A stretch of DNA of 23,943 nt from a virus, in IMG/VR virus record IMGVR_UViG_3300010345_000798; one strand, 5' to 3'. This document shows positions 7,827-16,133 of this stretch, piece by piece. The stretch's first letter is position 1. Each line of letters begins with the position of its first letter. Under the pieces are notes generated by a model. The model saw only the letters and a program-made list of their open reading frames with translations. It searched no databases and was not told the origin of the DNA. A program made the translations under genes and the position numbers.

Positions 7827-7872
7827 GCCCAGCCTGCTCCAAATTATATTTTTCATAATAGGTGTAAAATCG

Positions 7873-8415
7873 ATGACAGAAGCAATAATACTGGACATGG
7901 ATGAGACACGAGAACTCAAATGGACATTCGGAGCTATCAAGACCTTTGAGAAGCGAGCCAGGGAGATCCTGAAGCGCCTGGATGTGCGGGATGAGAAGGG
8001 CCGGGCCGTGGCAAACATCCCGATGCATGCCGGATTTGTGCTTGCCAACTTCCTTCGAATCTCAGACATCATGGAGGCGGCCATCGGCGCGTCCACAGGA
8101 TTATCTGCTCTGGATGGCAAGGATACGCCATCTGAGGCTGCCCATGCCATAGATGCCTACCTTGAGAGAGGTGGCTCTCTGGAGGAGCTCCAGAGGCAGA
8201 TATACAGAGCCTATCTCGTCGCAAGCGACCCTTCTTCTCTCTCGGATTGGGAGGAGAACCTAGCCAGGGAGGAGGAGATCAGGAGGATCAACAGGGAGAA
8301 GCAGGAGGCGAAGGTAGAGATAGCCAGGATCGAGCTGGCGGAGGACCAGAAGAAGATAGCCAGCCTGAAGACGCCTTCTGGCAGTCAGCCTACAAGATCG
8401 CCTACGTCGAGCTAG
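7873..8415 (+). CDS. Tail assembly chaperone (lambda gpG-like)
   Basis: Between tube and tape-measure genes. RELKWTFGAIKTFEK pattern; AGGTG RBS. Confidence 0.7.
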   Translation: MTEAIILDMDETRELKWTFGAIKTFEKRAREILKRLDVRDEKGRAVANIPMHAGFVLANFLRISDIMEAAIGASTGLSALDGKDTPSEAAHAIDAYLERGGSLEELQRQIYRAYLVASDPSSLSDWEENLAREEEIRRINREKQEAKVEIARIELAEDQKKIASLKTPSGSQPTRSPTSS

Positions 8416-8663
8416 GTCTGCTCCCTCAAGTCTTTTTTTCGCTCACAGTCAACGAGCTGAACGCCCTCTATGCCCATCACTTGAAGCAGCAGGCATGGGA
8501 CAGAGAGATGGCTGCCTATTCCGGCTATGTGGCTGCGGTGGCTGTGGCAACATGGTACACTGAAGGACTGCCAATGTGGGAGGAGTTCTATCGGAAGCCA
8601 GAAGAGCAGTCGCAAGAGACCACATCGGAAGAATACATAGAAAGATACAATTCCTGGACATGA
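8367..8663 (+). CDS. Chaperone extension (gpT-like frame), probably reached by -1 frameshift; 5' boundary uncertain
   Basis: The -1 frame is open from 8166 to 8663. FWQSAY..ELGLLP..FFSLT..EL motif is typical of T frames. No ATG before the motif (the ORF track start at 8247 is a TTG). Confidence 0.65.
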   Translation, partial: EDAFWQSAYKIAYVELGLLPQVFFSLTVNELNALYAHHLKQQAWDREMAAYSGYVAAVAVATWYTEGLPMWEEFYRKPEEQSQETTSEEYIERYNSWT

Positions 8664-8667
8664 AACT

Positions 8668-11600
8668 ATGACTGAAGTCGGCAGAGTCACAGCGGTAATA
8701 GATGGCGACATATCTGGCCTCACATCTGCTCTGAACCAGGCTCGGAGCCAGGCGACCACAGCGGTCTCCGGCATCGAGGGGCAGTTCAAGTCCGGCCTGA
8801 CCAAAGCCACAACAGGCAACTGGAAGGACGTAGGCCGAACGGTAGGATCTGATCTTGTCTCCGGCATCACCGCACCACTGGGCAGCCTGGGAGGTGCTGC
8901 ATCAACTATAGCTACTGCTCTCGGTCCGACTGGCATAGCGGCCACGGCAGCGGTCGCCGGTGCGGCCATGATTGGCTCCGCTGCATCTCGATCTGCGATG
9001 GAGTGGGAGGCTGGACTGAGCCGGATTAGCAAGACCACCGGCATCGAGAAAGGCACTGTGGCATATGCCGAGCTGGATTCTGGACTGAAGAATCTCTATA
9101 CGACTCTGCCGACAACCGCCGAATCATTGCAGTCTGTTGCCGCGGCTGCAGGATCTCTGGGAATCGAACGGAGCAGCATCGCAGGATTCACAGAGGTCGC
9201 CATCGAGATGGGGTCCGCCTTTGAGATTCCTGCTGAAGAAGCTGCCACGGCGATGGGCAAGATCAAAGGCCAGCTCAAGAGCCTCCCAGAAGGTGCTACC
9301 GATTCCGCCGAGTTTGCCCGAAAGATGGGATCGGCAGTTGACTATGTGGGCAACAACTTCAATGCCACAGAGAAGGACGTCTTGGACTTCTCGACGCGCG
9401 TGGCTGGCTCGATGTCCACGTTAGGGGGCAGCGCCTACGAAGTTGCCGGTTGGGGCGGGATGCTCTCGTCGGTGTTTCCGAGTGCCGAGAGGGCAGCAGG
9501 TAGCTTTGATAGCCTGTTAACGCAGCTCACCACGAATACCGACAGCCAGGCTGCCGCCTCTGAGCTCCTCGGCATATCCACAGAAGAGTTTATGCGGGCG
9601 ATGAGCACCGATCCATCCGATACACTCCTCCGAATCGGATCTGCTATGGAAGCTTTGCCAGCGGATAAAGTCCAGGAGACGGCCAAGGCTCTTGGCGGGT
9701 CCTATGGCATGGATACCCTTGTCAAGATGGTCGGCCACACAGAGGAATGGCGGCAGGCCATCGAGGATACCGTGGCCGCTGGAGAGCAGGGCACATCCAT
9801 AGGTCAGTCGTTCGCTGCCGGGGCAAACACAGCGCAGGCCTCATTCCAGGTGCTGAAGAACTCCATTTCTGCGATCCTGAGCGACATAGGTGGACCGATC
9901 AATTCAACGCTGACACCAGTGTTGACGTCTCTGACGGGCACGTTCAATGGCATCCGTGCCATAGGCGAGAACTTATGGGAGCCGTTCACTACAGCAATCA
10001 GCCCAGCTACCGAAGCAGTCTCCATGCTCGCCTCCGGCGTCAGTACGCTGGGCGGCATGACATTATCCGGCCTGGTGAGTTCCACCTCCGCAGTTAATAC
10101 CGCATTCCAGACAGGAAAGGCCTTCGTAACCGCATTCAAGGACGAGCTGACCAATGTAACCACCAGCTCGTCCACAATCCAGACACTGTCTGGATACGTG
10201 GAGAAGGTCGGAGACGCTTTCGACTCTCTAAAAGACAAGGCATCCGATACACTCAGCGGCATCGCCTCGTGGCTCTCTGGTGCTATTCCGTCGGCCATAT
10301 CTGGCGTCACCGAGAAACTAGGATCGATGTTCTCAGGAGTGACCGAATCCCTGGGCCTGGGCGGGGCGGCCGAGTCTGTGGGTGGTGCTGTGTCGGGTGT
10401 CACCGGATTCTTCAGCAACGTCTATGATCGGGCAGCCAAAGAGCTGGGTTGGAAGACCGAAGAAGCAACCGCCGACGGCACCGAGAAAGGAATGGAGAAA
10501 GGTGCTGAGAAGGCAAAGGATGGATTAGAGAAAGCCACCGCATCCGCCGTGAGTGCTGGGGCAGAGAGTGGCCTGGATACTGCATATTGGTCCTGGGTAG
10601 AGCAGCTCCAGAGCCAGGGAATACAGACAGGGACGGCAACCGCCTTGGGCGAGGCAATGGCTGGAAGGACCACGCCGCTCATCACTGGCACGGGTAGAGA
10701 GTCTTGGAAGAGCGGCGGGTGGTCGACAACTGCTACTATAGCGGGTATAGAAGTCGGTATCCGCCACGATGTGGCCGCGCAGGGCAGCACATATACACTA
10801 CGCGTCAATGGCAAAGATACCGGCATCAAGAGATCGGTGGATAACTTCGACACCACCCCGCGAGCAGATATCGTTCTCTCGATGCTCAATGAAGCCGGAC
10901 TAAGCGCCGACAGGGGGACTGCACTGGATCTGGCTAACAAGCCACTTCAGGCGGCTCAGTGGAGGCTCAGTCAAGAAACTACAGTAACAACTGATGTGTA
11001 TCTCGATTTTGCGAAGAACCTCAGGACTGAGATGGAAGGCGCCGGCGAAGATGTAGGTACTGCATTCGCCGAAGGGATTGTCCCAGATACCGCTACAATA
11101 GATTCTAGGCTGTCAGCCATCCGGCAGCTCAAACTCTATGATCCTGCCGAAGCTAAGAAACAAGGAGCAGACAATGCTATAGCCTACTTGGAGGCTCTGA
11201 AGGACACCATAGAGTCCGTTGAGGCTGCCAAGGCCAAAGTGCTGCTTGATCCCGATGATGAGAATGCCAGGGCAGAGCTTGAAAGATCTGTATCAAGACT
11301 AGATACCTACCTGGCGGAGAATCCACTAACCGTCAAGATCGAGGCCGACACTCAGCCCCTTTATCAGCAGGTGCTGGCGGCTGTGCGAGATTTATCCGGG
11401 ACGGAATTAAAAATTAAGCTTAGTGAGCTGGGTATCTACGATCCAGAGAAATATACCAAATATGCTCAATCCGAATTCGCTTCATGGATTGGAAGCTATG
11501 CAGAAAAGGGTATGGCGCCGGCATGGGGCACAGAAGATTATCAGACATTATATAGTTGGTACACGTTTTTATTGGGGCAGTATGATACTCTCGATGCCAA

Positions 11601-12540
11601 CAATAAAGAGTTAACATGGCAACTCAGCCGATTTTTAACTGGCCAGGTAGATGCTTTCGGTGAAATAAACAAGCTGGTAGGTAATACTGATGGGATTAAG
11701 AATAGCATAGACCAAAGCAATAACCTTCTCAGCAAGACCGCCGAGAATACCTCTGACATGTGCGAGGCCATGAGTGAATTCGGGATCGCCCAAGAGAAGG
11801 GATGGGGTGAGATGGGGCTGGGCCTCACCAGTTTCATAGGAAACACCGCGGATTACAAGGCCTTCCTTGAAACCGAATACGAGCGGGGGGCCTATCATCC
11901 CGCGCCTGTCGAGCTTGGTTCGATGTCGAAATGGAAGGCAGAGATGGAGGAGTACCTGGGGAAATCCGAGGAGACAATTACATTCCCTGCTGTTCTGGAT
12001 ACTTCTCAGGCCGATTCACAGCTAGACGAGTTCAAGGACAAGGCGACAGAAGAGCAGAAGATACCGATTCAGGTAGATGACAGCACGGCCATGTCGGCCA
12101 TCGCCGCTATCGATGCCGCAGCCAGCCGGCCTGTGACGAAGCTGGTCTATGTCCAGGAAGTAGGGGGCGGAGGCGGTTACGGTGGCGGCTATAATCCGTA
12201 CTCGGGGGCGTACTCTGGATATACAGGCAGCTTCACGCCGGAGACCGGCGGCATGTCGGGCGGTATATACTGGCTGCCAACATTCGCCTCGGGTGACGTG
12301 TATGTGCCGAGGCCCACGTTGGCGGTTGTGGGAGATCGGCCTGGTGGGGAGTGGATAGGTGGCATTGATCAGGCCATAGCCAGGTTTGGGAGCATTACTA
12401 CATCTCAGCCGCAGATCAAGATTGATGCACCTCTGAATATCAATGCCCCGGTCTACGGTGTGGATGATCTGGAAGCAGTGCTTGAGGCGCACAAAGAGGG
12501 CATAATGAGGGCGATCTACAATGCCGTACAGGGGCTATGA
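8668..12540 (+). CDS. Tape measure protein (TP901-family core)
   Basis: 1290 aa, Ala/Gly/Ser-rich. WEAGLSRISKTTG...AAAAGSLG...TEKDV TMP core; C-terminal FASG.V..PTLAVVGD.PGGE motif. Confidence 0.93.
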   Translation: MTEVGRVTAVIDGDISGLTSALNQARSQATTAVSGIEGQFKSGLTKATTGNWKDVGRTVGSDLVSGITAPLGSLGGAASTIATALGPTGIAATAAVAGAAMIGSAASRSAMEWEAGLSRISKTTGIEKGTVAYAELDSGLKNLYTTLPTTAESLQSVAAAAGSLGIERSSIAGFTEVAIEMGSAFEIPAEEAATAMGKIKGQLKSLPEGATDSAEFARKMGSAVDYVGNNFNATEKDVLDFSTRVAGSMSTLGGSAYEVAGWGGMLSSVFPSAERAAGSFDSLLTQLTTNTDSQAAASELLGISTEEFMRAMSTDPSDTLLRIGSAMEALPADKVQETAKALGGSYGMDTLVKMVGHTEEWRQAIEDTVAAGEQGTSIGQSFAAGANTAQASFQVLKNSISAILSDIGGPINSTLTPVLTSLTGTFNGIRAIGENLWEPFTTAISPATEAVSMLASGVSTLGGMTLSGLVSSTSAVNTAFQTGKAFVTAFKDELTNVTTSSSTIQTLSGYVEKVGDAFDSLKDKASDTLSGIASWLSGAIPSAISGVTEKLGSMFSGVTESLGLGGAAESVGGAVSGVTGFFSNVYDRAAKELGWKTEEATADGTEKGMEKGAEKAKDGLEKATASAVSAGAESGLDTAYWSWVEQLQSQGIQTGTATALGEAMAGRTTPLITGTGRESWKSGGWSTTATIAGIEVGIRHDVAAQGSTYTLRVNGKDTGIKRSVDNFDTTPRADIVLSMLNEAGLSADRGTALDLANKPLQAAQWRLSQETTVTTDVYLDFAKNLRTEMEGAGEDVGTAFAEGIVPDTATIDSRLSAIRQLKLYDPAEAKKQGADNAIAYLEALKDTIESVEAAKAKVLLDPDDENARAELERSVSRLDTYLAENPLTVKIEADTQPLYQQVLAAVRDLSGTELKIKLSELGIYDPEKYTKYAQSEFASWIGSYAEKGMAPAWGTEDYQTLYSWYTFLLGQYDTLDANNKELTWQLSRFLTGQVDAFGEINKLVGNTDGIKNSIDQSNNLLSKTAENTSDMCEAMSEFGIAQEKGWGEMGLGLTSFIGNTADYKAFLETEYERGAYHPAPVELGSMSKWKAEMEEYLGKSEETITFPAVLDTSQADSQLDEFKDKATEEQKIPIQVDDSTAMSAIAAIDAAASRPVTKLVYVQEVGGGGGYGGGYNPYSGAYSGYTGSFTPETGGMSGGIYWLPTFASGDVYVPRPTLAVVGDRPGGEWIGGIDQAIARFGSITTSQPQIKIDAPLNINAPVYGVDDLEAVLEAHKEGIMRAIYNAVQGL

Positions 12541-12543
12541 GCT

Positions 12544-13422
12544 ATGATGCAGATGGAAGTCCTCAATCCAGGGCAGAGCGCTCCGGTGATCGTTGATGTA
12601 AACGCCGAGGCTCCCAATCGACCCGTGGACGCCCATCGCTATTCTACGTTCAACTTCACAGGCCGCATAGAGGTTCCCGTCCGGCCGTACGCCCGCATAT
12701 TCCTCTCGGAGGATGGCCAGTATTACTTCCGTGGCTATGTCTACTACATGAAGCGCCAGGGCGAGAAGATCACAATCCAGTGCCGGGGCGAGGAGGAGCT
12801 GGCCTGGCACAGGTACAGCCCCAGGCATGGCTGGACTGGATCGGGAAGCCAAACGCTGGGGGCCTCTGAAATTCGGATAACACATATCTTCGAGGATGGA
12901 GCTCCGTCGCAGACACCGGATTATTGGAGCGTAGTCCACAACTCTGGAGCTATATTTCTGATGAATTCCGCCATACCGCAGACCATCTGGCCTGTTTACA
13001 ATGTCACATATCCAAACTGGTGTTTTAAACTGGTAGGAGGCGGGACGAATAGCCGCCTGGGGACGGCACCTATCTATGTTGAAGGCCTCTATTTTCCACG
13101 TAAAGGCTCGATCTCTGAGTGTCTGGCCAACCTAAACTCAGCCTATGCGGATGCCTTGGACCTGTATATTCAGTTTGATTGGACTACCTATATGGCATCA
13201 TATTTTCTGCATATCTCGGCCCTGAATGCCTTTGATACAGGCATCCGAAGAGGAAACATAGATCATGATGCGGCCAGCATACCAATAGACGGGAATATTC
13301 AGATGAACGTGAACTGCTGGGGAGATTTTCTCGTGAATTTAGCAGAGACGCTGGGCTTGACCCCACACTGGCGGTATGAGGCTGACCATACCTATTTCGA
13401 TGCAATCAATGAGGCACCATGA
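12544..13422 (+). CDS. Baseplate hub/tail-tip protein, N-terminal part
   Basis: Follows the tape measure gene. FRGYVYY...ITIQCRGEEEL and GDFLVNLAETLG..HW patterns of hub (gp27/Tal-like) domains. Confidence 0.55.
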   Translation: MMQMEVLNPGQSAPVIVDVNAEAPNRPVDAHRYSTFNFTGRIEVPVRPYARIFLSEDGQYYFRGYVYYMKRQGEKITIQCRGEEELAWHRYSPRHGWTGSGSQTLGASEIRITHIFEDGAPSQTPDYWSVVHNSGAIFLMNSAIPQTIWPVYNVTYPNWCFKLVGGGTNSRLGTAPIYVEGLYFPRKGSISECLANLNSAYADALDLYIQFDWTTYMASYFLHISALNAFDTGIRRGNIDHDAASIPIDGNIQMNVNCWGDFLVNLAETLGLTPHWRYEADHTYFDAINEAP

Positions 13423-14321
13423 CACAGCCCAATCCTATTGTTGATCTGTACGAGCCAGATCTGAATAGCCTGATCATAGAGACTGCAGGTGTCCCACACC
13501 CGCATTGCATCATCGGCCAGGGATACGGATCGAGGGACTGCCAGCAGAAGTATTCCGTCATGGATCTGAGCTGGAAAGGCCCCTGGTTCGAGGAAACCCT
13601 GAACGTAGAGAATGGATTCATGGATAATGGCGGTATTCTAAAGAAGATGGTAGCCTCTCAATATGCTGACAGGCAGGCAGATACCAGATATCAGGTTGTG
13701 GGAAGAATCTGGCCCAGGCCGCGGCCCGGCGACTATGCCCGTCTCTGGCTGGCAGATGAGAGCGTTGCCAGGGTCCTGCAGGTCCAGAGTGTCCAGCTCT
13801 ATCCATCCGGGAAGGTCGGACTGGAGCTGGGCCGGAGAGTGCAGGACGAGATCGATGCTTTCAACGCCAAAAAGGATCTTGAGAACGTACTGCTTGATCA
13901 GTATTTTACTGAATGCGGCAATTCGATTTCAAGCAGCGGTAAGATCACCATAGGTGATCCTACGTCCGGGTGGGGTACTCCGTTCTCTGCGGGAAGCTTC
14001 ACGATTCCATCAAAGGTGAATAATCCAGACAACAATTGCCGAGTGACAATGGACATATCAATCCGCCTGGCGACGGGCATCTGGCAGGAAGAGGCGGTAC
14101 TCTTGGTAGATCTGGGTGGTACGCTCCAAAATGGGTACTTCAACCACTATGTCCTAGGGGATACTGTTTCAGGTATCGATATGACTCCGTATATTGATTT
14201 TGGGCATGCCCAAACAAATTTAAAAATTTATTGTAAAGTAAGGAGAAACTGGAGTTCAAATCCAGGTGCCCAGGATATCACAGTCACGCTTCATGCATGG
14301 AGGAGGGTGGTGTTTGCATGA
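13419..14321 (+). CDS. Baseplate hub/tail-tip protein, C-terminal part with an added beta-domain
   Basis: IIGQGYG...PRPGDYARL...VQSV...VGLELG pattern of hub C-terminal domains; ATGA overlap with its own GAGG. Confidence 0.5.
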   Translation: MTQPNPIVDLYEPDLNSLIIETAGVPHPHCIIGQGYGSRDCQQKYSVMDLSWKGPWFEETLNVENGFMDNGGILKKMVASQYADRQADTRYQVVGRIWPRPRPGDYARLWLADESVARVLQVQSVQLYPSGKVGLELGRRVQDEIDAFNAKKDLENVLLDQYFTECGNSISSSGKITIGDPTSGWGTPFSAGSFTIPSKVNNPDNNCRVTMDISIRLATGIWQEEAVLLVDLGGTLQNGYFNHYVLGDTVSGIDMTPYIDFGHAQTNLKIYCKVRRNWSSNPGAQDITVTLHAWRRVVFA

Positions 14322-14677
14322 GTTTACGAGTGAAAATGCCCGACGGAGTCCTGCCGATCTTACCAGATGAGCCTGCAGCGCCTCTCCTGAAGGCCCACGC
14401 CAGGATACTCGCCACCTATCCTACGGAAAAAAGCCTGGCTGACATCATTCTTGTATCTCCGGCCCCGAAGCTTAGATCTGTGGATGAGATCATGCAGGTG
14501 ATCGCCTCCGGCCAGGAAATGCTCCGCATAGATCAGGTATTCGATATGACGGACGACCTGGAAATGTGGGAGGCTGAGAAAGAGGCCAACCAAAAGGCCA
14601 GAGCTGAAGCTCTTGCCGCTTTGGCTGCGGATATGCAGAAGATTGTGGAAAACGTCGAGGAGCGGCTGAAGAGATGA
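14318..14677 (+). CDS. Hypothetical protein in the tail-tip cluster
   Basis: Start chosen at the ATGA overlap 14318 with GGAGGGTGG upstream (ORF track start 14297); C-terminal helix. Confidence 0.65.
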   Translation: MSLRVKMPDGVLPILPDEPAAPLLKAHARILATYPTEKSLADIILVSPAPKLRSVDEIMQVIASGQEMLRIDQVFDMTDDLEMWEAEKEANQKARAEALAALAADMQKIVENVEERLKR

Positions 14678-15843
14678 CAAACTCGGAGATCTACACGGAG
14701 ATATTCGGCCTGATCTGTACTGATGTAGTCCAGGCATCGGGCATGAATGAACCCAAAGGCGGTGACCTCAAGGTAGAGGAGATAGCCAGGCCGATGTACG
14801 ATTACGGCGATGTCTATCATGGTGGCCGGAATCCGAGAACTTGGACCGTGGATTTCAGGTTTCTCTCCGAGGAAGACCTGGATACCTTCATGGACCTGGT
14901 GAACAATGCTCCTGAAGACGCCGAGTTCTACCCACGGAGGGCAGATCGATGCGTCTATCTAAAGTTTGCACACGCCGAGGTCCTAAAACCGGAAGAGGCA
15001 TGGATCAATGGAGTCTGGACGACGTTCTACAAGGCCAGAGCCACAATCAAGGCCCGCGAGGCATGGGTATATGGCCCCGATCAATGGCTATTTCCATATC
15101 AGCAGAACGTGAGCCTTCCGCGAATCTCCACGACATTTACCAATAACGGCCACCGTGCATCAGGACTGGACTACCTCGGAGTCATGGGCGGAGGATACTC
15201 TGATTACATCCAGAACCTCAAGTTCAGGCTGACGCCGCCAGGATCGTCAGTGGAGACCGATAAGCAAATATCGATATGCAGCAAAATGATGAGAAATGAT
15301 CTGCTAGAGGTGGACGGCTGGGGCAACGTCCGGCATATATATGGGAATACGTTTGGATGCACCTATGCCAGACTGCAGGGAGATGTCTGGGGGAGCACAT
15401 ACTGCTCTGGGGGATCGATCAATTCCAATCTACTCACCATCGGCAACTCAGGAAAGCTAATATTTCCGATGATGGGGCCTCTTCCGCTCCGTGGGAATCC
15501 TGTGATCGAGCCATATGTGACGGCCATAACAGGATCGCCAGCCATAAAATGGGGGCAGCTATCGAATCTATCTGATCTAGCGACAGTTACAAGCAGCCTG
15601 AAAGTTGGCCGGAACATCATCCATCTGCCCGACTGTCGGGGACTGACTGATATCTATTTTGGCATAGTCTGCGGATCATCCGATAGCATCACGCTATCAT
15701 CGATATATGCTGAGGCATATCGGTATCTGGCTGAGTCACAGGTTCCGAAAGAAGACCCAGGAGATAGCTTTGTGGCCAGGCTGGAAGGCACCGGAACGGC
15801 GAGATCGATCCTCGCCTCATATCGCGATCTATTCTGGGTATGA
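14674..15843 (+). CDS. Distal tail (Dit)-like protein with an inserted domain
   Basis: GRNPRTWTVDF...ATIKAREAWVYG...TFTNNG and terminal EDPGD...ILASYRDLFW resemble Dit N- and C-terminal patterns. 389 aa is longer than a minimal Dit. Confidence 0.5.
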   Translation: MTNSEIYTEIFGLICTDVVQASGMNEPKGGDLKVEEIARPMYDYGDVYHGGRNPRTWTVDFRFLSEEDLDTFMDLVNNAPEDAEFYPRRADRCVYLKFAHAEVLKPEEAWINGVWTTFYKARATIKAREAWVYGPDQWLFPYQQNVSLPRISTTFTNNGHRASGLDYLGVMGGGYSDYIQNLKFRLTPPGSSVETDKQISICSKMMRNDLLEVDGWGNVRHIYGNTFGCTYARLQGDVWGSTYCSGGSINSNLLTIGNSGKLIFPMMGPLPLRGNPVIEPYVTAITGSPAIKWGQLSNLSDLATVTSSLKVGRNIIHLPDCRGLTDIYFGIVCGSSDSITLSSIYAEAYRYLAESQVPKEDPGDSFVARLEGTGTARSILASYRDLFWV

Positions 15844-15846
15844 ATC

Positions 15847-16122
15847 ATGCAGATTCTTGAAAAATACTATCGGCGGATTGAGGGCGTACTGATCCAGCTC
15901 CATGATCCGTTTGACTGGGCATTAGGACGGGATTTTGCTATCGGAGAGATCATCCGACATGGTGGAGATGCGTACTACTCCTGGAAGGTGCATACTGCGG
16001 CAGCCAACTATGAACCTGGTGTAGGTGCAGACTGGGGAGACGTATTCATTCCTTTTGCCACAGGGTAGAGTGGGCCGCCAGGGACTCCAACAGTAATCAG
16101 AGCAGTTTGCGCATATCTGTGA
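15847..16122 (+). pseudogene. Miniature paralogue of the fibre gene, interrupted by in-frame TAG at 16066-16068 (73 aa to TAG, 91 codons to TGA); pseudogene or readthrough gene
   Basis: CBM5/12-like module aligns without gaps to the fibre N-terminus. After the TAG the frame reads SGPPGTPTVIRAVCAYL*, matching the fibre end SAPTIIKAVCSYL*. Confidence 0.7.
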
Positions 16123-16133
16123 GGTAGATTTCG

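Noticed and set aside
8433-8439. Perfect T TTT TTT slippery heptamer in the G frame, reachable only by reading through the TAG at 8413-8415
   Set aside because: It lies after the G stop and downstream of the conserved FW..AY..LGL.P part of the T frame, which a shift here would skip. It is explained by Phe-Phe codons.
8412-12492. Several minus-strand ORFs (up to 214 aa) over the tape measure gene, and similar ones over head genes such as 1511..2074
   Set aside because: Antisense by-products of biased codon usage; no RBS or motif support.
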